A DNA stretch of 64,000 nucleotides from Klebsormidium nitens (lineage: Eukaryota > Plantae > Klebsormidiophyceae): contig DF237422.1 of the NCBI GenBank assembly GCA_000708835.1, positions 9,229 to 73,228 of the forward strand, written 5' to 3'. Below, one piece after another: positions 49,334 through 61,360 of this stretch. A program made the position numbers and the translations under genes. The notes under the pieces were generated by a model. It was not told where the DNA came from and searched no databases. It saw nothing but the letters and a program-made list of their open reading frames with translations. The stretch's first letter is position 1, and each line of letters opens with the position of its first letter.

Positions 49334-51491
49334 GGGCGCTGCCTGAGCAAAGGCACTCTTTCTGGCAGTACTTTGAACGGCGGGCAATCCCTTGCAATAT
49401 AAGCTGTATCGTTTTAGTCTCAAGCACAGGCGAGTATCTCGATTCTTTGCTAGATGCAGGAGGCTCCGCTTCTGCGTGATCATATGCACAGCTCCGGTTC
49501 GGGTGTGAGTTACTTATGTCCGGACTGTGCTCAAGTAGTGTTTGCTGATCTGGTGCTCGCTTTTGCCGCTTGTACCTTAACGAGTCAGCCTAGGAATGAG
49601 ATCGAAAGATGCATGGACGGTGCAGGTAATTAAATAGAACGAACACGCTCTCAGGAATGTGCTCATATGCCCTCCTTTATGATGACGACGAAGCTTGCAA
49701 GCAGATTGGACAACAAAAAGTTTGTCAAAACCACCCGTTCAGCCTCCCAGTTGGTTCGCTCTGGCATCATTGCCAGCAGCGCAATACGTTTCAGGCGGCC
49801 CGTCATCATGATGGTTTGGACGGGCTTAGGTACATGCGTGCGGGGGGGACATATTATGTCGATCGAATCGTAATGATTGCATATGTCTGAATTGACCACA
49901 TAAATTTCACTGTTGTCCCCGATTGGGAACGCATCAAAGAAGACGGATCAACGAACAGATACAGCCGCCGACATAAGATATGCTTGCCGAGTATTTGCCA
50001 ATAAGCAAATCCTATTGTACTGAAGGTCACCTTTATAAGTTCTGGATTGCGTACATCGCCGATATCCTCGTGTCTCGGATGTACTTGGCTGGCATGTGCA
50101 GCTGGGCGCCCCGGCCGGCCAGAAAAGTACGGTAGGATCTTGCATGCATGTTTGATGCTATTGACCTAGCAGGATCTGGGTAGGCCATATAGTCGAATAT
50201 CGTCGGACCGGCATGGCCCCTCACCATAAACGTGAGCATAAGAACATGCTTGCATGACGTTCCAGCTAGAAGCTATCATTCAAAAAATAAATGTTCAACG
50301 GTTGCTTTCAATCAGGTCATCAGCCGGGCAGCTGGCGTAAGGCACGGTAAGGGTTTGTGGTAAGTTGACATCCACTTCATCTTCGTTCCTTGCACTGGCT
50401 GCCACGAACTCGTCCAACGGGACTCCCCTAGTCTCCATTGTGATGGGTTCATGCCGCCGTGACTATTTGATCAAAGCCGTGCATGCACGCGCATCCAAAA
50501 ATGTGAAACTCACTGGTTCAAAAGATCGCCGTTGGCTTCCAGGCTCAGCCTAGATAATCCTTGCGAGAGAAGCACGCATTTGCGTGGCCAGATGTTCAGG
50601 GCCAACTCGCAAGCGCGTCTCTGCTTGCCAGCAATCACCCGTTTGTATCAGAAGGTTCCCAAACGGCGCCAAATGAGCCTCGAAGCGTTGAAGTATCCGG
50701 CGCCCGCCCGACCGTACAAAAGGCGCCCGGCCGGGGCGGCTGCGGGCATGTCCGATCGTCACCTGCCGAAACCCTGAACCTCGCCGGCTTCATAGGCAGA
50801 CACGTGGTCTCTTGGATTGACGGCGTCGCGTGACCGTACATCTTCGCGCAGCTGCCAAAGTTTTCGATCAACGTTTTCCGCATGATCTTGTAAAGATAAT
50901 AAAAACGGTTGCCTTTCATATGTCTTTGACTGAGGACAGGTCAGAGGGGTGGTCAAATGAGCTGGGCTCGCGTTCCGCCCATCAATCTTTTCACGATCAA
51001 AAAGTGAAGCCAGAAACGGCATGTCCCTGCGGTGAGTGAAACCACGTATTGTACTCGCGCAAATAGCGGATCTGGCAAGGCAGGATTACAAAAAATGGGA
51101 TTGTCGGCTACAAATCCGAGCGCTAAGAGGCGTTGTTTTCGCTAGATCTTGAAAGAATGGTAAAGCTGTAGCCGTGCGCAGCGTTCGGAGCAAAAGCGCA
51201 CGAAGCCTTTGCTGGGTCCTCTTGAAGAAAGTATTCGGGTCGCGGAAGCTGCACAAAGTGCTCAGAGGGCAACACAGAACCCTAGGCTCTGGTAGCGTTC
51301 GTTCAATCTGCCAAGATTGTAGGCAAGATTCTGCTTCTCGTAGCTTGGAGCTTAAGACCTCGTATCCCTTTGCAAACAAGAACCCTCAAGTGCTGCGCCG
51401 TCGATTTGGCTGCAGAACAGGCTTTCCAGGGTTTGCGACGTTCAATCAGATTCTAGGAGTTGTGATTCTCTGAGCTGCATTTTGCCCGCAG

Positions 51492-53590
51492 ACCTGGCTG
51501 AAAGCATTGGGCTCCCAAATACCCGCGAGGATGATTGTATTCATCAGATTTCTGGGGGTCATCGCCGGTGGGCTGTGCTCAGCTTTGCTGCTACGTGCAT
51601 GCTTTGTTGAGGAGAACGAAAAGGCGCCTGGAGAGACCGGAGAAGAGCCCGGGGAGAAAGAGAGCGAAAAATTGGCTCTGGTGGGCGGGGGTGATTTGGA
51701 GCCCGGTGAAGATGACCGAGCAGTCACGGATTCAGTCGGTGGGAATGCAAGCGGCTCCGAAGCGGATGCTTCCGAAGAGAGGAAGGCTGGGAACGAGTCA
51801 TATTCCAACAGAGAGGATCTTGGATCCGGTTCTGAAGCGGACGTAATTTCACAAGACAGCAAAGTTGGAACAAAACCAGAGTCGCCCAGGAAGGAGCTTG
51901 GATCCGAAGAGGAAGACTCGGACTGCGAGACAGGCCCCTGTGAAGAGAGCATTGCGCAGACGACTCTAGCGCCACCTGAACGCGGCGGCAGTTCTCAGGG
52001 TGCTCGAGAGTGCGAGCCCGGTACGAGTCCCCGAGCAGATGCGAAGCCTCAGAATGGCGGTGTCAAGCGCAACTCTGAGATTCTGAGGGAGCTGGGCCGG
52101 AAGATTGGTTCGGGGGACTTCACTGGGGATGCGGATCTGAGCGCTGTTTTGAACACCGGGAAGCAGGTGGGCACTTCTAACCTGATACTGAAAAGCACGA
52201 CAAAAAAGGGAGAAGCAGCGAATTAACGCCCAAAGAGGCAATTTGTGAGGCAAAGGGCAGCTCCGCAAAGTCGGCGTCGACAGAATCTGTTTAGACACAA
52301 CCCACACCTTATTCTTGTATTCGGTGGCATCATTGGGCAGTCTCTGACGTCAAGGAAGAGAAGCAGAACTCCAAGTTTTTGCTTCTGCTCCCGCCGAGAT
52401 ACATACTTCGTGACTTCCCCACAACAGAAAGGTTCTAGCAGACTCTTCGATGGACGAGATCCAATAATGTGATGAGATGTTCACTGAATGTAATAAGGAA
52501 TCCAATAGAGGTGATTTGTGAATCTCAGATTTTATTCATTCGTGTGCAGGAGATAAGGGCGATGGAAGAATTTGCTGTTCCTCTCTACTCCTTGTCCGAA
52601 CAACAGATTTTTCTAAGATGTCGAGCATGCAATGACATTCGAAGGAATCTGACTATAGAACGGGGAAGTCGAGGCTCACGGTGTTTTAGCTCTCGAGCAG
52701 TTGTGCTGACCTGCGTTTTGCGATTCTTAACCTTTTCTGACACCCTCCTTCAGCGAGGCCCTGAGAATCGAGATCAAACCGCCTTCCTACATCCCTTCGA
52801 TACCGGTCTCATACTCTCAACTTCACCAGTTGTTCTGGAAGAACACAGCGCGTATTCCCTGTAATCAATTAAGAGTCTGCATTTGCTATATTTCTGGAAG
52901 CCATTATTTCCTCATTTGCAGATGCACCCAGCAGCTTCCGCGCCAGTCAGCGTCCCCTCGAGCGGAACGGCCCGCCAGAACGCGCACGCAACAGAAAAGC
53001 GGACCGCGCAGAAGCAGTCAACCTGGTTCGGGGGGTTCTTCCCGTCCAGTGTGAAAGCCCCCCCAAAGTGCAGTGCCAAGAGTGGAGAGCTCGGCAGCGG
53101 AAGCATTTACACCGGGCCCGAAGAAGACTGGGAGACGGTCGGGTATCGGAACGTTCCGGCGGAAGGATGCGGCGCTCCGGCGGAACACATGCTGGCGTCC
53201 ATGATTGTGATTGGGGAGGAGGAGAAGAGTGCGCTATCAGACGTGGGGACGGAATCCGTTCACACCGGAGCGAAGTCTGGGGCGACGGAAGCGGAAAGGT
53301 GTGGCTCAGAGATCTGGGCTTCGATGATATTCGTTGATCCGCCGGAAACGGAAGCTTCGCCGGAAAAGGGCGACCAGACGTGCCGGGAAATCATGAAGAC
53401 GTCGCCGCCAACGGAAGTCGTAGCCAGGTCGGAAACGGGACAGGGAAGGAGTGTTAGAGAGAATTTTAATGCAGAAGAGAGGGCGAAGGGGTCTTATCAA
53501 GAATTAGAAGGGGCTTTGCGAAAGGCAGCGATCGAGGAAGATTTGCCTGTGTCTGAGTCGCCCAGCGAAGACGGGAGTGCAGATTTCTAG
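51492..53590 (+). CDS. Hypothetical protein: one hydrophobic/TM segment plus long acidic low-complexity tail (5' exons unresolved)
   Basis: Open exons 51492-52166 (cag|ACC ... CAG|gt) and 52922-53590 (cag|ATG ... stop) join in phase 0. Hydrophobic segment MIVFIRFLGVIAGGLCSALLLRAC is followed by E/S/G-rich sequence. No family recognised. Confidence 0.6.
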
Positions 53591-55998
53591 TAGGGCTTCT
53601 GTTGCTCAAACCCCGCGTTCGCGCCGTTCTCAGGAGATTTTGTATTCGGAGTTTTAAGCAGGAAACGAGAGATTAGATTGCGGAACTCAGCTGTTGAGAA
53701 AGCAGCTAGTGCCTCATGGCTATCGGAAGGCAAGACTGGACGGGTAGAATCGGTCGAAAGGTGGGGCGGGGCAGGGTGCTACTGATCGAAAGATCGACGA
53801 TACTGTTCTCTGGGGGTGTGTGTAAACAGGGGGTCAGGTGGCTTGTGATAGATCCGGAGTTTTAGTCGAATACGATAGCGCGCCAGGATGAGGCAGGGTC
53901 TGAACACAGGAATGAGTTCGAGACGGTTTACACGTTCAGCTGGTTTAGGGGCCTTGGCTTGAGTTTTGTAGGCACCAAAAATGAAAGGCATTTGCTTAAT
54001 GGTTGCGAGTTTATTGACAGTTTGAAACCGTTCTGCTACTTGGTGCGTCGAACCTCAAATGTCTAACTCTCTTGTTGAGTTCTTGGAGACGAGCTTACAC
54101 ACCAATCGACCGTCACGATATGCTATAGGATTGAAAGTCCACGCCCATATATATCGCTCGCGCAGGCTTCCGAAAACGGTACTGGATAAAGATGGACAAG
54201 CTGCTTACGGTTATTCAGTGGTCGAACTTTGCGTCACGCGCCTTTTCATGATTTGAAAAGTCCCACCGGCCAGCTTTGCATTGGGCTACAACAGGCGGCT
54301 GGTTGGTCCTCCCAGCTGGGACCCGTCAGAATCCTTGCCCCTGATCGCTCCCTCAATCGAGAGTGTACGTTGAGTACTTGTTTTCCTCCTCAGTCAGCTG
54401 CTAGGCAATCATATGCATAGCTAAGTATTCCAATTCCTTTCTGTCCTTTTAACTATGACAACCGACATTGAACTTCAAGGACTGTTCTCAGGTTGTCTGC
54501 AACGTTCATCATGCTCCAAACCGGATCACAGCAATGCTTAGGAAAGTTGCAACTTCGATATTCAAGGGTCGAAGCCGTCCTCTCCAGGCTTTTTGGCATG
54601 GACGAATTATACAGTTTGTTCCAAGCTGTAGCGGTGGTGAGCCGATCATATGGTCAGCTCACGGTGGAAAGATCAGAGATTCGGGAGTCCCGGCTCCTGT
54701 GTGTCGAGACGTCGACGTTATACTCATCATTGTCATCATATGTTGGAGGCATTACCTAAATCAATCATTGCACGTCGTTAATTGGTCCTACGATTCTCTG
54801 TGATTGCGGCTGGATGGCCGCCTCGATGGCCGAGCCTCCGAGTCTCCGAACCAGTGATTACATGCGCCTCTTCAGAATACGGGCAGAATTCTTTCATATA
54901 TAAAATCAGAGACGTTGCGAGCTAGGCTTTGGATTCTTCCGAGCTGAGCTAAGCTGGGCGGAAGCTTGGGCAGCCTAAGCCTTACCTAGTAGCTAGCCTG
55001 CCAGCCTGCCTGCAGGCCCCGGCGGCCTGCAAAGGGATAGCTAGAGGTCATCGTTGGTGGTATTGTTGCACGATATCGTATCTAACAGTGGGCATTCCCA
55101 ACTTGACCAGCTCGACAGTCTGGCGCTTTGCTGCAAGGGCGCTTTTCAGCTCGGCTAGCTCATAGGGGGAATGCCCCACAGATCTTGAGGCACCCACGCA
55201 CCTACCGCAGCTCCAGGTATGTTGTCCTGCCTTATGGCAGCTCGCCTCCCCGTTGTTTGGCTCGCGGCTGCTTTCTTGCGCGTTTTGGCAGGTTTTCGCG
55301 GCTTTCTTTGTACCAACTTTACGCTGGCTACAAGCAAGCTGACTGACCCACCCTGCCAGGATGACTGCCATAAGAAAACAAACCGACTGCCAAGCCATTC
55401 AACTGAGAGCTCTTGTATAGAACATACCTGTCTTGCATTGCGTGTCGTTGTGGTAATTGTCCTTAGGGTTGTGTTGCTTCTCATTTTGCTGTTTTTAAGT
55501 CTTCATGTAATTGCATCCCTACCACTCTCTCGCCTACTGGCAGTACAAGCTGAAACCCTCTGCCAATTGTCTGCTTCTTTCCAAAACAACACCTTGCTTA
55601 CCCATTTCCATGATTCTCTACAATCATCCAGCTCCACACTCTCTGTAAACCCTTCAGGCCTTCTTAAAACCGGAATAGGCACACTCTTTGTTCCAATCTC
55701 TATCTACCCCGTCTCCGTCCTCGTAACTCCCACCTCCTTCTCTTGCTTCGCAACGTGCAAGAAAATTAGGGTTCCACATCAAATTGATCAGGCTAATGTT
55801 TCTGTGCCCCACCTTTTAGCTAGCAATGCTTGCACTGCCACCAGTTTCCACATGGGTCTCAAGTTTCAAACATTGTTCAAGCTCGTACTCACTTTTCCCA
55901 TCTTGCCCAACTTTCTCTTGACCCTTCCTTCTTTCCCTCCTTGCAACTTCATTGAACCCTGCGCCAATCTTCTTTTCACCCAGGTTCCTCCAGCCAGC

Positions 55999-58850
55999 AT
56001 GGCTACGCCTCTCAAACCCTGGGCTTCCCCTGCGGCGCTGACAACACTGTCTCGCCGCACAGATAACCCTTTCCTGACGGGCACGCATGCTACCAACTCC
56101 ATTGCCACCTTCACCGCTGCTTGCACAAGCGGGAAGCTTGGCCCAGCACTGGTGCCTAACCTTTCGACCACAGCAGCTGAACATGGCGGCGTCATGCAGG
56201 GCGACCACTCGCTCGCACTGAAGCCAGGCCAGCGCATTCGTGCCATTCGCTTCCATCATCTCGAGTCCCCGCTGCTTTCCTCTGACGATACCACCGACCC
56301 CCCCTACCCCGTCCGCTACTGCGCAGTTGAAATTGCTGGCGTTCATTCTAACGTCAAGCTAGCTGCACAGACAGGCGTTCGCACATCTGTTACTGTGGTC
56401 GGCGCAGACGGGTCGGAGCAGCCAGTTACCACTAAGCCGTCTCAGCCAATGATCGTCTTTGCGCCTCTCGCCTCTGCCGTTGAGCTAGTGGACGGTCCAC
56501 TTCAGCTCCAGGAGTTTTGCACCCAGCACCCTGCTCGTCCAGCTCTTCCTGTTTCTCAGCCCCAGAGGCCCAGTAGCCGCCTCCCTCATGTTTACGACTC
56601 CGCCCTTGCGGACATGCACGTCGTCTGGCTCTTTAACCCCCCTTCTCAGGCTGACGTTGAGGAGACGTGCCGCGCTCTCGAGATTCTGGGGTCTATCAAG
56701 GCCATTAACACCATGGCAGCAGACTCTGGCAAGCCGTACCAGGAGCTCTACTTTCGCTCTGCTGACAGTGCCCACAAGGGGCTCGCTGCACTTGATGAGG
56801 TCTACGACGTGAGTTCTCTCCCCTTCCTGCCTTTCTCAAGCCACTCTTTGTATTATTCGGTTTCATTGCGCTGTGCTTTAAATGTGGCATTGAAAGCCCC
56901 CCTTTCTCTACTCCTCTCTGGCTGTTCACCGTATGCCCCACCGTTGCCTCCCTCTCGTTCCTTGACGCCCTGGTGCACATCTCACTCTCTAAAAGTATGC
57001 ATCAAACAGAGCTTCTGCTCCCCTCCCCTCTGCCATGATCAGTGCCCTTTCGAAACTTCACCTCTCTTCCTTCAACCCCAGGCCCCAACTAGTCTGGCAC
57101 ATGTCTCTCTCTTTCTCTTAACTTCGTCAGGTGACAACGAGCTTTCACATTTTTGCTTACTATCCTGCCACTTATGCTCTGGAAAGCACATCATCAACGA
57201 GCATCAACGGTGGCAAAGACAAATAGGACACCACCCTCACACCACTGCTTTCTCTTGTCCGTTCACTGATATCTCCTTCTTCTTTGCTCCCTTTCAGGTC
57301 TGCCCCGCGCAGTACATCGCCAGCGAGAAGCACCCCCTGCAGCAAAGAGTCAATATCCCTAACGGGACCGTCGGCCCCACTGGCTTCAAGACCGTGAAGG
57401 AGCTTGTTACGGCCCTCACCTCCGCTGTGACTGCACGCGCGCCAGGTGCTACCGTTAAACCGCTGCGCGAGGACAGCGACTCGTCGAGCAACACGCCTTG
57501 AGCACAAGCTGATCGTCCACGTCCAGGTACCTCGCATCCTCCCCTCTGCAAGCTTATTAAGTCACTACCTCAGGTCTTCTCTCTTCAAGGCAACCGTCCC
57601 TGTTTTTCTTGCCTTCCAAGCTTCTGACTATGCTGCGTTTTCCTGGTTCAGCGGCAGCTTTCCGGATTTTTCGGTGCAGCGCTGCCCAGGGCTGTTTTTG
57701 CAGCTCTATAGGCTTCCCTGTCCAGGAAATTGTTTTACCGGGTTTTCCATTGTTTCCTGTCCGTTTCCCTCTCTCTCTTCGGCACAGAACCTCTACGCTT
57801 GCTCGTCCCTAACGCCGCACGAGCTTCGTACCTACTTACCACTTTCTCTCACCTATCTGCAGGCGTTTATGCAGTGGTCGTCGCTGATTCTCGATCCTAT
57901 CACGATTACTGCACCTGAGAATGAAGCTTCCAGCTTCACCCTCACCATCAAGGGCCTGCCGCTCTTTGATCGCATTGGCTCGCTCGTCATCTTGCCCCCC
58001 GCGGCATTCCACGTCGAGGACACCAAGCAGGTAGGTCTTTCCCCCACCCTTCTGCGAGCGCCCGCCCCTAGCTTGAAACACCTGCTCCCCCCTTCCTGTG
58101 CACCTTTTTGCCTCAATTCTGCATCCATGATTCTTGCCTCACCTCACCTTGCGTCCACTCTGAAACTAAAATCAGGCCTTACCTTCTCACGATTAGCCCC
58201 TCCACTTTTCTCACTGTTTCCTCGTTGCTCACTGCCTTCCCTCCTTCTGCAGCTGGAGGAGAGCCTCGAAGAAGCCCGCAAACGTTACTCCATTCCCATC
58301 CGCGCCGGCGCTCCCGAGAACCGGGCAGTGGAGATCCTCAACGGCCGCAACCGCGTCCACTGTTACTACGTGTCAGGCGATCAAGCGGTGCTTCTCAGCA
58401 TCGCCCAGTCGCCGGGCCTCATTGTGGGGACACAGATCTGCCGTGCTCAGCTGGCCTTCGAGTACAACACCTGCCAGGTCAAGCGCAATTTGACTGCACC
58501 CCAAAAGCAAGCCGGGCTTCTGAGCCAATGGCTTGCGCCTGCGCACATCGCTCAAGTTGACGCGCATAACTCCCGCAAGCGCCCCGCCCCGTCGGCCCCC
58601 GTCGTCACTCTTGCCGAAGAGGTCGGGGACTCGATGCAGCAGGTACAATCCTTCCCTGCTGTTGCACCGCCTTTGGACCTTTCTCGTGTCTCTCCAATCA
58701 CCGGGCCTAGATTCTGTTCTTGCACTTGTCGAATTTCTGAGTTTCCTGATGCTTATTGCCTTTCAAATCACTCCCTGCATCTTATTTGCACCACCTCCCA
58801 TCGGTTCCATTCCTTAACTCAACGATCCCTTGTGCGTGTTGCAGGACTAG
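55999..58850 (+). CDS. LINE ORF1-like protein (predicted spliced form, ~530 aa, RRM-like segments; one frameshift in this copy)
   Basis: GC3-rich exon-like blocks 55999-56808, 57298-57526, 57863-58030, 58253-58642 and 58845-58850 (GAC TAG) are separated by C/T-rich GT-AG segments. VWLFNPPSQADVEETCRALEILGSIKAIN...YQELYFRSADSAHKGLAAL resembles an RRM fold by eye. The 57298-57526 block is 229 nt (3n+1). Confidence 0.65.
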
Positions 58851-59953
58851 ATGCAGCGCACATTGGCCCTCTTCCAGAACTAGTGGGGCCTGCAAGCTCG
58901 CTGCTTGCTCCTGGATTCTCTTGTCGAACATTGTATCCCTCAAAACCGAAGCACTCTCCCACTGCACTATTACAAGCTGGCATCCAACTTGCAGAACTCT
59001 ATCAAAATAGCCTTTTGCTAACTCGGCTTTTATACCATCGGCAGATCTTTGGGCGCCTTGCTTTCACTCTCATTCGCGTAGACGTCCAGTCGCATTTGCT
59101 TGTAGCGCGACCTTCTATCTGCATGTCGGTTTTACTTACGAGCCTTATATCATTACCCATCATGTTTTACCACCTGGCTTTAATACTACGCCTACGACCA
59201 GGCTCCGCACTGTTTAACAACCTCCTTGCCGAATATAGTTCACGATCCTCATGCCGCCAGTCTCGCCATGCGCGCTCTGTTAAATCTCGTATGCGCCGCT
59301 ACATGCGTCTACAAATTACTTACCGTCACCGCATACTACTCTGTTGTATCATGCTCTATCTTAGCATATCCAAAGTGCACTCACTGGGCCCACACGGATT
59401 TTCTCACACCTCCCTCGTCCAACCAAATAACGTGCGCCGACGAAAATGCTTCTCGAAGAGATGGCAGCCTCCCCGCTACCTTGTGCACCTTGCACACAAT
59501 ATTGACAATATGCTCAGCAGTTATTCCACAGCCCTTGCCCATAATGCTGACTCACTTCATCCTGAGCACTGGCATGCCTCTTTATGGTTAGTGGGCTGGC
59601 CCACAGTCGCTCTACACCTTGAATTAATTTCTTTTGCACCTCCATGCTTATGCTTACTTCCGGCTCTCGGTCTCATGTACCTTCTGCCATTCCTAGCTGT
59701 TAGCTTCTACAGTGCGTTCCTTTCTCGTCCTCTTCGACACTGTCTTGACTCCACATGGTCGGTATGCAGCCGCCTGCACACTTTTATCATATACCACCTA
59801 ATAACTTATACCTGGTATTTGCACCATCTCTCCTGCAAGTTGCTGCGCCTTCATATATTATTTGTCCATTCACAAACTCTGGCTACCCGTTGGCTCACTC
59901 TGCTTGCAACCTGCTTACTGTTCCTTGCATCTCTTCTTTTGCTGCGCGCAGGC

Positions 59954-59977
59954 GATATTGAGCCCAATCCCGGGCCG
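59954..59977 (+). other. 2A-like (StopGo/ribosomal skipping) peptide motif DIEPNPGP
   Basis: LLLLRAGDIEPNPGP matches the D(V/I)ExNPGP consensus, in frame and ~40 codons before the APE start (HLNILNWN). Confidence 0.85.
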
Positions 59978-61122
59978 TTGCCTACCGGTGCCACGATGAC
60001 TTCTATTGAACACCCGCCTCATCCCACTCCCAATAACGCAGCACAAGGTTCCACCACTGACATTCCCCCTCCTCATCAGTCGGGCCATTTGAACATCCTA
60101 AACTGGAACTGCCAAGGTATTAACTCCAAGCTTGCACACCTACCAGCTTTACTTAAACAACACGATGTCCATCTAGCGGTACTTACCGAAACACAGCGCA
60201 CAATTGGGGTCGAACGAAGCAAGCAGAGTCACACATCGGATGGTTATACTTTTCATTTTTCATCGTACACGGATGCCTCACACACTTCGTTCTTTCTACC
60301 AGTCCGTTCACGGGAGTGGGGCGTTTGTATTGCCGTACGCACTGGTCTCGCCTATCAGTCAGTGGCTTTGGACAACACAGTTTTCAAAGCTCGGGTCCTT
60401 CATGGCATTCTTAGTATTCCGACCCGCACTTCCGGAATCCTCACTCTTGATCTCTTAGGGGTAGACCTATGCTCCCGCACGTGATGATCTAAGACATGCG
60501 TTTTGGTCCAACTTTACAAGCTATGTGACCACTTTGGCCCCGGTCATTCATGCCGATACCAACCGACATCTTCTTCTGGTTGGTGACTGGAATAGTTGTG
60601 TTGATATAGAGCGCGACATCTACCGCTCTGACCCTCCAAACACTGACGCAGCTCCGCGTAACCACTATTTAAAACGCTTCTTGCAGCGAATGAACCTCAC
60701 CGGTATGCCGCTTTTCGACCCTATGGCATTCGACAAACTGACGGCTGTTCACGACTTTACATTTTCGACACACAGCTGCCGCTACCGATCTATTTTAGAC
60801 AAGATATTCACAAGTTTTCCGGCAGGGCACTGTGATCGCTCTGAGGTTCTCACTTGGGAACGTCAAAAGGGGGTCCCTTATTCCGATCACCGTCCAGTCG
60901 TTACAAAAGTGAATCTCACCACCCTTTGCAACGGTTGGATTGAATATCCTTTGCACCCAGTGCAACGGCCCCGTGTCAAAATCGACCCTTCACGGATTAC
61001 TGTTGAGCAGATGAACGAGCTGAAGCTTCAAATTGCCACCTGGAAAACGAAGCTGCCCACATCTGTTCGACAAGTTCTCTTTACCCCCAATCTGGTCTAC
61101 CCAAGTACATCTCAAACTCTTG

Positions 61123-61360
61123 NNNNNNNNNNNNNNNNNNNNNNNNNNNNNNNNNNNNNNNNNNNNNNNNNNNNNNNNNNNNNNNNNNNNNNNNNNNNNN
61201 NNNNNNNNNNNNNNNNNNNNNNNNNNNNNNNNNNNNNNNNNNNNNNNNNNNNNNNNNNNNNNNNNNNNNNNNNNNNNNNNNNNNNNNNNNNNNNNNNNNN
61301 NNNNNNNNNNNNNNNNNNNNNNNNNNNNNNNNNNNNNNNNNNNNNNNNNNNNNNNNNNNN
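61123..61360. other. Assembly gap (238 N) inside LINE ORF2
   Basis: Run of n characters between the APE and RT regions. Confidence 0.99.

Noticed and set aside
57446-57501. Programmed ribosomal frameshift between the two long LINE ORFs
   Set aside because: No slippery heptamer was seen, the break also disrupts the predicted spliced ORF1, and the element has other decay frameshifts. Mutation or sequencing error is more likely.
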